DNA of 62,810 nt, the filler included. It is 3 parts of 3 records of this genome, joined end to end, with 100 filler letters (N's around TTAATTAATTAA, not from the genome) between each part and the next. Parts side by side here need not be neighbours in the genome. Positions count along the whole stretch, not along the records: positions 31,692 to 62,810 come from SRR31156797_12047; 2 more parts are not named here. One strand, 5' to 3'. Under the pieces are notes generated by a model, which ran no database searches, was not told the DNA's origin, and saw only the letters and a list, made by a program, of their open reading frames with translations. Below are positions 31,692 to 42,000 of the stretch, piece by piece. The position numbers and the translations under genes were made by a program. Within the stretch, counting starts at the first letter, position 1. Each line of letters begins with the position of its first letter.

Positions 31692-32724
31692 GAGCTTTGC
31701 CAAAAGTTACTTGTTTTGTAGGCGGTGAAGTTCCCGAGTAAGTGTATGTAATGGCTGTGATTTGCACATGCTTTTGGTTACCAAATCTATCCTCAACAGT
31801 AACGGTGTCACCTATGTCATAACAAATCCTGTCATTGTCGAAGGTTTCGCCAGATATGGAATATGCCTTGTCGAGTTCCAGCAGAGCAGATTCTCCCCGA
31901 GCATTTAGCTCAGCTGTGGATTCTGCATCACGAACATCAACAAAGGTTTCATTTCTGTCCAAACCTTCAGCAGTATTATCATTGAACTTCTCAATGACCT
32001 CTCTGTCAGTACCTTCACCTTGCCCTGCAATATAACCCATAGTTTTATAACTTGAACAATTTAGAGTTGTAGTAGCAGTACGAAGTGTATTAAGTCTTAG
32101 GCTAAATATAGCCCTTGTGTTGTCGCTTTGATTTGCTGTTCTATTAACTCCCTCATACACAGATAATACTATGCTTTTGGTTCGCAGGTTAACTGTGGAT
32201 TTCAATCCCAGTTTATCAATAGCTAATATACTGTATATTTCAGTATTGAGCTTCTTATATCTTGATGAGTGGTCAATGGCAGAACCTAAGTTATTACTTT
32301 TAACTGATAAATTAGAGACTTTTCTGGCTGTATCTGTAGGATTAACCATACATCTGTCAATCATGTCATTAACAATTATGCCAGTTTTTTGAGATGAATA
32401 GCTTACATTTTCAAGTCCTGTTTCAGGTACGATTACACGACGAGATATAATATCTTTAAGTTCAAATCCTGTAATAGTTAAATTCTCATTAGCATAATTG
32501 TTTTGTGATAATATCTGTGTATCATTTATATATCCGCAAATTTCATCAGATATATAGATGATATAACCACTTTCGATGTATACTGCCTGCCTGTCATTTG
32601 CATTGATAACAAGAGTGAAACTGCCGGCAGTGTTCAGATTTTGTGTGAATGTGAATGATACCCATTTTTTAATAATTGCTTTCTGTGTAAGGTCCTTATC
32701 CAATACAATTATCTTATTCATCAT
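31692..32724 (-). CDS. minor tail protein (ReqiPepy6 gp37-like), truncated
   Basis: AGQGEG..R, RNETFVDVRD, GDTVTV; follows Dit. Confidence 0.8.
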
Positions 32725-33581
32725 ATACCTATAAATCTTTCTCTATAATGAATATAGACCTCAGGATTGCCGCTTGCCGCACTAAATTTAATTGTATTTA
32801 CTCCACGTGTGAGCAGAAAGTAATCAGATAGAGGGTCAACATAGTTGCTTGCATCTACTTTTTCTCCGTTAACCATCTTGTATATATCAATATCGTATGG
32901 ATCTGTACTTATATACAGGCTTTCACCTGCTTCAATGTCAATTTCGACTTCGATATATTCTCCAGTCTCATTCTTAATGATTTTAGGCATTGCGGATGCA
33001 CCACGGAACTCAATTAAAACAGGGGATGGAAGCTGTCCTTTATAATCAATTTCTGCAGAATCACCCTGTGTAGCTAAAGTAAAAGGTAATGTCATAGGTA
33101 ATTCTAGCCCACCCACAAATGCTACTAACTTCTTGCCATATTCTATTATGCTTTCCCATGCAGGGTCAGCACAGTAGAATCCTATATCCATACGGATAGC
33201 ACTTTCGCTTACAGGCTGCTGACTGCTTTGGACAGGACCATCATATACAACTGCTGTAATGCGTTTTTCTCTAAAACCATCTGAATATATCAGGAAACCC
33301 TCAGCTGTGCTAGTACCTAACACTTCATATAGCAACTGCTTTTTGTCCAGGACATCTTCTTTACTGCTGCCTTTTATGGTGCACATACAGTTTATATATC
33401 TTGGGTTCAGATTAGATCCATAGTAAACGGTACCGTCCTGGTTAAACATCTGCATAGTGCTCAATGTCTTTTGAGGAGATTCGACACCGTTTATATCTTC
33501 TAAAACATATGGCCATGCTGTGCTTAATGTTATAGACTCGCCATATTCATTTGTGAATACTAACTTTCGCATAATTACCAT
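32721..33581 (-). CDS. distal tail protein (Dit)
   Basis: position after tape measure; QDG..., FYCADP.W, L..G.N.IKF. Confidence 0.8.
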   Translation of the reverse strand: MVIMRKLVFTNEYGESITLSTAWPYVLEDINGVESPQKTLSTMQMFNQDGTVYYGSNLNPRYINCMCTIKGSSKEDVLDKKQLLYEVLGTSTAEGFLIYSDGFREKRITAVVYDGPVQSSQQPVSESAIRMDIGFYCADPAWESIIEYGKKLVAFVGGLELPMTLPFTLATQGDSAEIDYKGQLPSPVLIEFRGASAMPKIIKNETGEYIEVEIDIEAGESLYISTDPYDIDIYKMVNGEKVDASNYVDPLSDYFLLTRGVNTIKFSAASGNPEVYIHYRERFIGI

Positions 33582-36500
33582 CCGTTTGCTACGGCAGCTA
33601 CTATATCTCTGATGTATTGATTTGCTGCAGCTCTGTTGTTTGGACCATCATTAGCACTAGATATTGTGACTCGTGGTGCTACTGTCTGGTTTCGACTATT
33701 ATAATAGGTTCTATTTGAAACTGTTGATTGATTTGAGTATGATATTTTATTGCTTGCTATAGCTGTCATATTAGACATAATCTGATTTAGATCCTTATAA
33801 GCATTAGCAGCTTGCTGTTTCATACCAAGACTAATACCTTCCAGCAGATAAGCTCCCTTGCTTACACCTACTTTTGATGGTGAGTTGATATCCCAAGCAC
33901 TGTCAATAATAGCTACGATATTGTTAGCTATCGTCTGAGCCGTAGCGTAGGCTTTCGAAGCATTGTTATTAAGACCTTGAACTAGTCCTTGTATCATGTA
34001 TTTACCAATTAGAGCAGTTTTCCAACTCGGGCTATTTGTACCTGCACCAGTTTCTGCACCGTCTACTGTAGCTAGCAATGTTTCTTCACCACTGTCCCGA
34101 GCAGCTTCGATATTCTCCTCAACTCCCTTTTCGATGCCTGCAATCATGTTACTAATTAGATTTTCACCTTCGACTTCAGCCTCTTCAAATGGAGCTATAA
34201 GCTCTGCAAAGCTGTCAGTACCTGCGGTACCTGTGGTGTCGTTCAAGTTAGTACTGAACTCGCTTAAGTTGGTTATCATATTGGTTAGCTCAGTATCCAG
34301 AGTTATACCATTTTCACTTAATGAGGTTTGCAGAGTTGCGAGAGCAGCAGGTAAATCTAAGCCATTAGCTGTGGCAAATTCCTCAACGGCCAGTCTCATT
34401 GTTTCTAGAGCTGTAGCTTGAGCAGATGCATCTGCTTCAGATATTAGTTCAGCTCTGTCCATACCGCTCAATTCTTCTTGATGGGCAATTGCACTATCCT
34501 TATACTCTTCGCTGGCTTCTATCAGCTCCAAAGAAATATGCTTATATGAATCATAACTTTTAAGAATAGCTTGATCTTCCTCTGAAAGTGTAGATATAAA
34601 TGCAGCTAATGAATCTTCTCGTGAATAATTAAGGTCTATTGTTTTGTCTTTCATGAAATCTACATATGCTGAGTATTGGTCACCTAGTCCAACTTGAAGC
34701 AATGCCATTTCCTCTTCTGTCGTGATTTTAGTTTTTAAGCTATCTACATATTGCCTTTGACTCTCCGTAAGTACTGAGTCACCGTTTAGCATACTTGCTA
34801 TGTAAGCACTGTAGTTATTTATAGCAGCATCATATTTAAAAAATAAACTATCATACGTTTCGCCTAATTCTTTGTCTGCTTCAATCTCGTCTTTTTTTGC
34901 TTTGATATCAGCATCAATTTTTTCTATTGATGTTTCAAGCGTGGAGTTATAAGTATCCATTGCACCTGTTACCGCATCTTGTACCGGCACTAGCTCATCA
35001 CCAAGAGTCTCAACGAATTGGCTAATAGTACTAGTGAATCCACCCGTTTTTTCTGCTCCAGCATCAAATAATCCATATATGTCTGCTGCTTGCTCTCCTA
35101 ATGTTTTTGTAGTTCCCATTAGCAGTTCTTCAGATATGCCCAAATCTTTTAGGACCTGTATATTTTCTTTGTATGTATCAATCATTTCAGCTGTAGGCTG
35201 TTGACCGCTTTCGATTGAATTGTAATAGCTAATAATACTTTCTCTGGCAGTGTTCACTTGTGCTTCGAATGATGCGTAATTGCTGCTTAGACCACTTATC
35301 TTCTGCGCCATCTCATCACTAGATAATGATTCATCATTAAATATATTATTGATACCAGGGAGTAAATTGTCTTTTCTTTGGCTTAATATGTTATCGAGGG
35401 TGGTATTAATAGTACTTGTTATACCTGATACGCTGTCTTTACTCATTGTAAGCATTAGCTCGTCATGAGCTTCTCTTAGTTCAATTATTGTATCTCTGGC
35501 AGTAGCTATAGACTGCTCATTGATTTTAAATTCAATATCAGTATTTATACTATTGACACTACTGTTTACACTTTCGGTATTATCAGTGGTTTCTTTCAAT
35601 TTATTATTAAACTCGTCTATAGGTTCTGTATCTTCCAATGTGCTATAGAAGTCTGTGGCAGATACAAGACCTTCTTTGAATCCTTCTGTGGTCTTTTCAA
35701 GTTTTCTTTCTAGTAGTCCCATTGTAGTTACAAGAGTTGCAACTAAACCAATGCCTACGCCGATAGGACCCAATGCAGCACTTACACCTGCTGCAAGAGA
35801 GGAAGTAGCCGTTGCAGTTGCTCCGATTTCAGTAGCTGTTGCTGCCATATTAAGAGATTTTTTAATAGTCTTAATGGTTTTGATACCAGTTACTATGCCT
35901 TCAACACCTTTTGTAAGTGGTCCTATAGATGCCACTATACCAGCCACTGCAAGTACTGTTTTTCTTGATGCAGGTGACATGTCCTGCAGTCTATCTATCA
36001 TATCATTCAGTGCTTCTACACCTCTGGTTATGATAGGAATAAATTCTTGACCAAATTCTGCACCAACATCTTTCAATTCATTTAGTGCAATGTTTAGTTT
36101 AGTTTTGGTGTCGAGGCTTTCCTCGTTAAAGGCAGCCAATGCATCAGCTGACTGTTCATATGCGATATCAAGCAATGCTACAGCCATAGATTGCTTCTGT
36201 GCACTTTCTGTGGACATGTCTAAGCCCAGGGCATATGCCCTTTGCTCAACTGATGCCTTGCTTGTAACAATACCAATGTCTTTCAACGGTTTGTATTGAC
36301 CTGTTATTGCAGAGTTGAATTTACTTGCAATGTCAGCTGATGTATATTCTGCACTGTTGAAGTTTGCCAATGCACCAACCAACGTCATTGTTGATTCTGT
36401 CATGCCCTGAGCTTCATCCCGATAAAAGCCCATTGGGACGTATAGGTCCTGAATACCACTAGCTATATTACGTGCACCAACTTCTGTAGCAGGTACAAGA

Positions 36501-37123
36501 GTCTGCCACTCGTCAATATATTCCTGCATATCATCAACCATATTGCCGAACACAGTATTGTACTTAGCTTCGGTGGCTTCAAGGTTTAGTGCACTATTTG
36601 TCATAGCCGCCATTGCACCTATAATTGGCACAGTGACGTACATGGACATATTGTTGCCAAAGCTGCTAAGTTTATCAGACATCTTATTCAGTTTGTCGAT
36701 TTCGCTTGTCAGCTGCTTTGTTTTTTGTACTGATTCGCTTTCTTCCTGCTGCATCTTATTCAGTGTAGTATTAAGCTGTTTAATCTCTTTCTCAACTCTG
36801 TTTACTGCTGCTTCCTGATTATTTAGCTTAATGCGAAAGTTTTGAGCGGCTTTGCTGCTCTCACCATTCTCTTCGACTATTTTTTCATATTCTTTTCTAA
36901 GTAGTTCAAGTTTCTTCTTCTGCCCAACAAGGGTAGTGTCTAAAGACTTTAGCTTTGCAGTTACACCTTCGGTGCTGCTTCTCCAATCATCCATTCCAGA
37001 TGAAACGGCATAGAATTCACTGCGAGTTTCACGCAAACCTCTATTAATAGTGGATATACCGGTCTTAAAATCAGTATAATCAACACTAAATCGAGCATCT
37101 ATGTCATTGATATTCTTACCCAT
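33575..37123 (-). CDS. tail tape measure protein
   Basis: 1182 aa helical, VTVPIIG, INSPSK motifs. Confidence 0.9.
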   Translation of the reverse strand: MGKNINDIDARFSVDYTDFKTGISTINRGLRETRSEFYAVSSGMDDWRSSTEGVTAKLKSLDTTLVGQKKKLELLRKEYEKIVEENGESSKAAQNFRIKLNNQEAAVNRVEKEIKQLNTTLNKMQQEESESVQKTKQLTSEIDKLNKMSDKLSSFGNNMSMYVTVPIIGAMAAMTNSALNLEATEAKYNTVFGNMVDDMQEYIDEWQTLVPATEVGARNIASGIQDLYVPMGFYRDEAQGMTESTMTLVGALANFNSAEYTSADIASKFNSAITGQYKPLKDIGIVTSKASVEQRAYALGLDMSTESAQKQSMAVALLDIAYEQSADALAAFNEESLDTKTKLNIALNELKDVGAEFGQEFIPIITRGVEALNDMIDRLQDMSPASRKTVLAVAGIVASIGPLTKGVEGIVTGIKTIKTIKKSLNMAATATEIGATATATSSLAAGVSAALGPIGVGIGLVATLVTTMGLLERKLEKTTEGFKEGLVSATDFYSTLEDTEPIDEFNNKLKETTDNTESVNSSVNSINTDIEFKINEQSIATARDTIIELREAHDELMLTMSKDSVSGITSTINTTLDNILSQRKDNLLPGINNIFNDESLSSDEMAQKISGLSSNYASFEAQVNTARESIISYYNSIESGQQPTAEMIDTYKENIQVLKDLGISEELLMGTTKTLGEQAADIYGLFDAGAEKTGGFTSTISQFVETLGDELVPVQDAVTGAMDTYNSTLETSIEKIDADIKAKKDEIEADKELGETYDSLFFKYDAAINNYSAYIASMLNGDSVLTESQRQYVDSLKTKITTEEEMALLQVGLGDQYSAYVDFMKDKTIDLNYSREDSLAAFISTLSEEDQAILKSYDSYKHISLELIEASEEYKDSAIAHQEELSGMDRAELISEADASAQATALETMRLAVEEFATANGLDLPAALATLQTSLSENGITLDTELTNMITNLSEFSTNLNDTTGTAGTDSFAELIAPFEEAEVEGENLISNMIAGIEKGVEENIEAARDSGEETLLATVDGAETGAGTNSPSWKTALIGKYMIQGLVQGLNNNASKAYATAQTIANNIVAIIDSAWDINSPSKVGVSKGAYLLEGISLGMKQQAANAYKDLNQIMSNMTAIASNKISYSNQSTVSNRTYYNSRNQTVAPRVTISSANDGPNNRAAANQYIRDIVAAVANGW

Positions 37124-37137
37124 TTACTACTCACCAC

Positions 37138-37419
37138 CTAAGAAAGAGAAGAAGGAGCATCCGTTAACGTATACTCCTTCCCATTAATAATTTTTGTTTG
37201 TCTGACTGTGTCTTTTTTGATATCCAGTGTTTTATTCATGACTTTTAGCAATGATATGAATTGAGTGTTATCCACTTCAAAGAGTGTCATCCTCAACACG
37301 TTGCTACACGCAATTTTAAACATGACTAAGATATCAGAAAAAGAGGGAGTTTCCTCTTCTGTGCTGCTGCTTTTGTCTGCAGTTGCATTTAAATTGGTAA
37401 CTCCCTGCGTTAGTTTTTT
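37138..37419 (-). CDS. tail assembly chaperone -1 frameshift extension (gpGT)
   Basis: open -1 frame from slippery site 37413-37419 to stop 37138. Confidence 0.75.
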   Translation of the reverse strand, partial: KKLTQGVTNLNATADKSSSTEEETPSFSDILVMFKIACSNVLRMTLFEVDNTQFISLLKVMNKTLDIKKDTVRQTKIINGKEYTLTDAPSSLS

Positions 37420-37709
37420 ATTATATGTTTATACCATGCATAAAAGCATGTTTTCATTTCCGACTGTGAAACAGCATTGTTTAATGCCTCAATTGTAAAC
37501 TGATTATCGTATATCTCAACAAGAATAGCTTTCATATTAATGAAATACTCTCTAACAGCTGCTGTGCTGTAATTTTCGCCTTTGACTTTTTCAATGCTAT
37601 CTTCCAGCTCAAGTATTTTATCTGCTTGTCCAGCCAATATATCTGTTTTGCTATAGGTTTCAGTAACATTGCCTTCTTTGTCTTTAAAATTTAATGTTAT
37701 AGCTTTCAT
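37410..37709 (-). CDS. tail assembly chaperone (gpG)
   Basis: between major tail and tape measure; YDNQFT.E. Confidence 0.8.
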   Translation of the reverse strand: MKAITLNFKDKEGNVTETYSKTDILAGQADKILELEDSIEKVKGENYSTAAVREYFINMKAILVEIYDNQFTIEALNNAVSQSEMKTCFYAWYKHIIKN

Positions 37710-37735
37710 GCATTTTTCCTTTCTTTATGAGATTA

Positions 37736-38344
37736 TTAAGTCTCAGGTACTTCAGGTGGTGTCTGTACTGCAGCGAAAAAGCCTTCACCAGTAAAGTTCT
37801 CTGATGAAGTATCACCTTTGACCCATGCACAGGCTTGAGCTTTGCTGTCAATCTGGAACTTATGGGTAGTGGTTAAGCCGCTGTACGTGTATTCTCTAGT
37901 TGAGATAGTAATACCATCTTTCTTGGTTTCACTTACGATATTTCCACCTTTGAGAGTACCTTTCAAAAACCATGTGCAGACATAATCTTCTTTGCCTTTG
38001 TTCATCATTATGCCCATAGCTTTATATGGTGGCTCTTCTTTATTTGTTGCGTAGGATAAACCAGTTGAAGCATCATGATGGATACCTCTGATCTCTGCAT
38101 CTTTCGCTTCGGATATACCAGATACAGTGAAAACAATAGTTTCTTTTCTGATACCGTAGAAAGTATCCTGCAGTTCATTGTTTGCATAGAAATCTTCTGA
38201 TGCTTGTTCTGCAGTCCAGTCTGCTTTGGTTCCTGGTGCAAATTCTTCAGGAGTACCAGCAGTATATGCATCTTCAGTATCCACTGTAACGTCAGCTATA
38301 TAGATTTTTTCTATTCCTGTTAAAGGAGCATAAACTCTCTTCAT
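37736..38344 (-). CDS. major tail protein (phi13 family)
   Basis: FYANN, PPYKAMG, ETKKD motifs. Confidence 0.85.
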   Translation of the reverse strand: MKRVYAPLTGIEKIYIADVTVDTEDAYTAGTPEEFAPGTKADWTAEQASEDFYANNELQDTFYGIRKETIVFTVSGISEAKDAEIRGIHHDASTGLSYATNKEEPPYKAMGIMMNKGKEDYVCTWFLKGTLKGGNIVSETKKDGITISTREYTYSGLTTTHKFQIDSKAQACAWVKGDTSSENFTGEGFFAAVQTPPEVPET

Positions 38345-38346
38345 TT

Positions 38347-38700
38347 TTATTCCTCCATGTAGTATTCATAGTCGCAAGTATAGCCAATATAATTGGTATC
38401 CTTGTCTTTAGATAAATCCCTGCCATGACCTTTGGTAAATCCAGCAGGGATTAGAATGTTTTTTATTGTACTTTCTGCTTGCTGATGGATTGCTGGGTCT
38501 TTTGAATATAGATTAATTCGTAGACTGTATACTCCATCAACAGGCTTATTGTTAGCGTAAATCAAAGGCTCTTCATCATATTTAAGATAAGTGATGTATG
38601 TTTCAGGATTGCCATCAACAGTGTCACCGTCCATACATACAGCGAAGCCGGTTTTGCTCAACTCTCTGTAAATAGCGTCATATACTGTATCATTCATCAT
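38347..38700 (-). CDS. tail completion/terminator protein
   Basis: synteny; YITY, INLYSK, AGF. Confidence 0.65.
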   Translation of the reverse strand: MMNDTVYDAIYRELSKTGFAVCMDGDTVDGNPETYITYLKYDEEPLIYANNKPVDGVYSLRINLYSKDPAIHQQAESTIKNILIPAGFTKGHGRDLSKDKDTNYIGYTCDYEYYMEE

Positions 38701-39091
38701 TACTCCATTCTGCTAATACTTCTCTAAATATTTCATTAGCCTTTGATTTGTTCTTTTTGAATGCTCTTGCTATACCGGGGTCAGCTTGAAACCCTGGACG
38801 ACCATATTCAACAAATACGGCATGCCAGCCTTCATTCGCTCCTTTAATTCCAAGTTCTACATAGCACTCATAGCCTACTGTCACTGATTTGATTTCCATA
38901 ACTTGTGCAAGCTGTGCTCCTGTGAGCTTATGTTTTTTAGCCCATTTAATAATATCATCATATATAGGCTTAGCCGCCTGCTCTATAGCATCTCTCAGGG
39001 CTTCATCAACGTTTTTTTCTAGCTTCTCAATTTTTTCTAGAAATTCATCTAGTCCATTCACTGAAAACTCATGTTTGCCTTTAAGTGCCAT
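38690..39091 (-). CDS. HK97 gp10-like neck protein
   Basis: TGA.L, FVEYG, A.P.I..AF. Confidence 0.75.
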   Translation of the reverse strand: MALKGKHEFSVNGLDEFLEKIEKLEKNVDEALRDAIEQAAKPIYDDIIKWAKKHKLTGAQLAQVMEIKSVTVGYECYVELGIKGANEGWHAVFVEYGRPGFQADPGIARAFKKNKSKANEIFREVLAEWSNDE

Positions 39092-39439
39092 TTAACCATC
39101 TCCCAGACCTACTCTTTTTACCTTAAAAATCATAGTCTTGCTACGCATTTCAATGTTCTCAGGAATTGAGATTATTCTATAAGGTTGGTCAGTATCACCG
39201 TTAAGCAATACACGGTCACCTTTTTTTATATTAGGATCATACCATGTAGTCACATTTGCAGTATCTTCATATGTCATGACAGAGCCTTGAACTACCTCAG
39301 TACCGCCCATGCTCTGCCATAGACAGGAAGATGGATATAGATCAGTGAAATTATCTTTAGATGAACCATTTACAGTGGTCGGACTATTAGACTGAAACAA
39401 TATTTTTGTATTGAAGTTTTGTATATTAGGAGTAAACAT
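39092..39439 (-). CDS. head closure (head-tail adaptor) protein
   Basis: synteny; start MFTP overlaps upstream stop. Confidence 0.7.
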   Translation of the reverse strand: MFTPNIQNFNTKILFQSNSPTTVNGSSKDNFTDLYPSSCLWQSMGGTEVVQGSVMTYEDTANVTTWYDPNIKKGDRVLLNGDTDQPYRIISIPENIEMRSKTMIFKVKRVGLGDG

Positions 39440-39735
39440 TATGCACCCTCTTCTGCTGGTAATTTCAGTGATAATTGAGTTACCATATTCATAAACAGTT
39501 TTGAGAATTGAGCTTTCCCACTTGCCAAGTTCCACGTATCAATAACACCAAAAACGACAAGGTTTTTACCCTCGTCGCTTAAGATGTTTTCAATTGTAAC
39601 TCCAGCATTTTCAATATATCCTACAACACCTTTGATTTTTTGAGTAATCAAAGAGTCATGAAAATCATTCTCTGCTGGTATGGATAGTCCAATTTTAACC
39701 TCACTGAGCAATTCTGCCAGTTGTTCTTCTGTCAT
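39439..39735 (-). CDS. head-tail connector protein (gp6-like)
   Basis: EVKIGLSI...D.LI...AGV, synteny. Confidence 0.75.
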   Translation of the reverse strand: MTEEQLAELLSEVKIGLSIPAENDFHDSLITQKIKGVVGYIENAGVTIENILSDEGKNLVVFGVIDTWNLASGKAQFSKLFMNMVTQLSLKLPAEEGA

Positions 39736-39748
39736 AACGTCACCTGCT

Positions 39749-40042
39749 TTACTTCTTTATTTCAGCATCTACTGAAAAAGGCACAAGCATGATTTTCTTA
39801 CCTGTACCTTTCTCCTCATATTTTAGCTTATTGCTAATGGATTTGTGAGCTTCATCTGTGACTGGTTTATTGACTTTCCATATAACCATGTATTCATCTT
39901 CAGCTTCTTTAGTAACTATTTCACCACCCACATTCTTAGTCGTAGCAGGTTTGCTTTTTATAGTCTCCTGCTTGTTTTCTGCAGTTGGCTCGACTACTTT
40001 ATCTAGTTTATTTTCTGCAGTTGGATTATCTTTTTTACTCAT
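39749..40042 (-). CDS. hypothetical phage protein
   Basis: ORF coupled to capsid stop. Confidence 0.6.
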   Translation of the reverse strand: MSKKDNPTAENKLDKVVEPTAENKQETIKSKPATTKNVGGEIVTKEAEDEYMVIWKVNKPVTDEAHKSISNKLKYEEKGTGKKIMLVPFSVDAEIKK

Positions 40043-41331
40043 TATGAAGCTGCTCCCTTCTTGATGAGTAGAACGCTCTTAGGGTCAATCAACTTACCAT
40101 CTGCAATAAGGATAGCTTTGTCAACATACTCGTTAGAATCATGGTCCATGTATCTATACAGCCATAACTGCATATTAGAGTTCCAACCATAATGTTTAAG
40201 ATTTGCAAATATAGCAACTATATCACCTGTTGATGCATCATCATAGTTTGTAACAACATCATCCTCGACCTCAATAACCTCTTTACCACCGAATCTCCTT
40301 TGACTTCCTTCAGTGATACCATAGTTCACTCTACCAATTGGCTGGTTATTATCATCTGTCATGCCATCAATGTAGCCTTCAAATGTACCAGCGGCCATAA
40401 TAAAGACTGCTCCAGCCTTATAACTCAACTTCATTTTGGCAAAAACTTTCTTTTTCCATGATTCCCATGAAGTGAACTCATCGGGAGTTAGCGTAATCTT
40501 CTGACCTGTAGCTACTCTTGTGTCGCTAGTTATACCCAGAGGACCTGTAGTACCATTACCTTTGACAATAGCGATATCAATAGCTTTAACAATAGCTTCA
40601 AGCATAATTTCTATGATTGTTTTTTCGAATATTTCCAATGTAACAGTATCAGATAATAGTGATACTGAGATTCTGACTTCCAGACCAAAATATGTGAATG
40701 ATACGCTGGTTGATAGGTCAACCTTTTTCTTTTCAGATGGAGTTGATTCACCTATCCAAGTAGCAGTTGGTGTGATTGTAGAAATTGGTATCTTCACACC
40801 ACCTTTAATTGCCATCTTTCTTACTCTATTATAAAGTTGTCCATATGTTTTCAGTTCTTTAACAACTTCGTTTAGAATAGTTGTAGGAATAACAGCAGCA
40901 GCGTCAGCAACAACTGTCATTGCATCTGCTCTACGCTCTGCAGCTTGTTGTGATATTCTTAGCTCGGGAGTGACTTCACCAGTTGTTACATACTTTCTGA
41001 AAGCCGTTCTATATTCTTCTGTAGAATATACGTCATTGGATGAATTGCGGTTTTCATTCTGGTCGAATGAGCCGAGCACATTTAATGGGTTAAATTGCGA
41101 GCTGTTTTGCTGATTTCGTTGCACTGTTTCATTAGTGATTGACTGGCTAATGCCTTTAAGTGCCTCAATTTCACTCCTTAGAGTTTTCTTTTTGGTTCTA
41201 ATAGTTTTCAATTCCTCAACATCTGTTACTTCAAGTGATCTCTCTTCCAGGTTATCGATTTCATTTTCTTTTTCAGTAATTAGTGCTGTAACTTGGTCGT
41301 TAGCATTGTTGCTTCTTTCTTCTCTAGCCAT
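40042..41331 (-). CDS. HK97-fold major capsid protein with delta domain
   Basis: N-terminal coiled coil, IPTTI..., ATWIGE, G.G...P.GI, DGK. Confidence 0.92.
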   Translation of the reverse strand: MAREERSNNANDQVTALITEKENEIDNLEERSLEVTDVEELKTIRTKKKTLRSEIEALKGISQSITNETVQRNQQNSSQFNPLNVLGSFDQNENRNSSNDVYSTEEYRTAFRKYVTTGEVTPELRISQQAAERRADAMTVVADAAAVIPTTILNEVVKELKTYGQLYNRVRKMAIKGGVKIPISTITPTATWIGESTPSEKKKVDLSTSVSFTYFGLEVRISVSLLSDTVTLEIFEKTIIEIMLEAIVKAIDIAIVKGNGTTGPLGITSDTRVATGQKITLTPDEFTSWESWKKKVFAKMKLSYKAGAVFIMAAGTFEGYIDGMTDDNNQPIGRVNYGITEGSQRRFGGKEVIEVEDDVVTNYDDASTGDIVAIFANLKHYGWNSNMQLWLYRYMDHDSNEYVDKAILIADGKLIDPKSVLLIKKGAAS

Positions 41332-41349
41332 GTTTTACCTTTACCTTTC

Positions 41350-42000
41350 TTAATCGCTCAATATTTGAGCTCGTAGTGTATTTATTAACATTCCATCTGC
41401 AGCTGAGTTCTCCAACTCAGAACTAGCCCTGGCATTCTCCAATGCAGTTTTGGCATTCTCCAATGCCAATTGGCTACGTGCATGAATATCAGTTCCTTGA
41501 TATGCTGGCATAGCAGTAGCAGTCACTTCTCTGACTTTTGTGATTTTGGTGATGTATCTGGTCGGCATATCTCTGTCCAGGTCTTCCCATCTGTCCTCTG
41601 CTACCCACATGATTAGTGACATGCCTGTTGTATCACCTCTTGCTATTGAGTGGTACAAACTTGTTGCTTGTGGATTGTGCTCCAAATCAGGCACTGCTCT
41701 TATGTGCAACCCACTTTCATCTACTTTCAACTGCATGGTCGATTTATCGTTATTCCTTCGGCTTCGAGCTATCGGAATCTGTGTTAAATCATGATTAATG
41801 CAGAAAAGAACATCTCTGAAGTCGGTATCATCAAATGCATTACGTTCGATTACCTCCCAAAACAGCCCTGCTATGTCAGCCTTTTGATTGAACACAGCTG
41901 CATGTCCTTCAATGATTCTCTGTTCATCATCTCCGCTGGCACTAACATCAGGCATGTCAAATGCTCTGCTTATTGCAATATCGTTATACTTCTTTGTCAT
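41350..42000 (-). CDS. HK97 prohead protease
   Basis: GHAAVFN, NHD, GMS, PAYQGT. Confidence 0.9.
   Translation of the reverse strand: MTKKYNDIAISRAFDMPDVSASGDDEQRIIEGHAAVFNQKADIAGLFWEVIERNAFDDTDFRDVLFCINHDLTQIPIARSRRNNDKSTMQLKVDESGLHIRAVPDLEHNPQATSLYHSIARGDTTGMSLIMWVAEDRWEDLDRDMPTRYITKITKVREVTATAMPAYQGTDIHARSQLALENAKTALENARASSELENSAADGMLINTLRAQILSD

Noticed and set aside
41405-41470. GGCATTCTCCAATGC direct repeats
   Set aside because: Coding repeat (ALENA) in the prohead protease tail; not CRISPR-like
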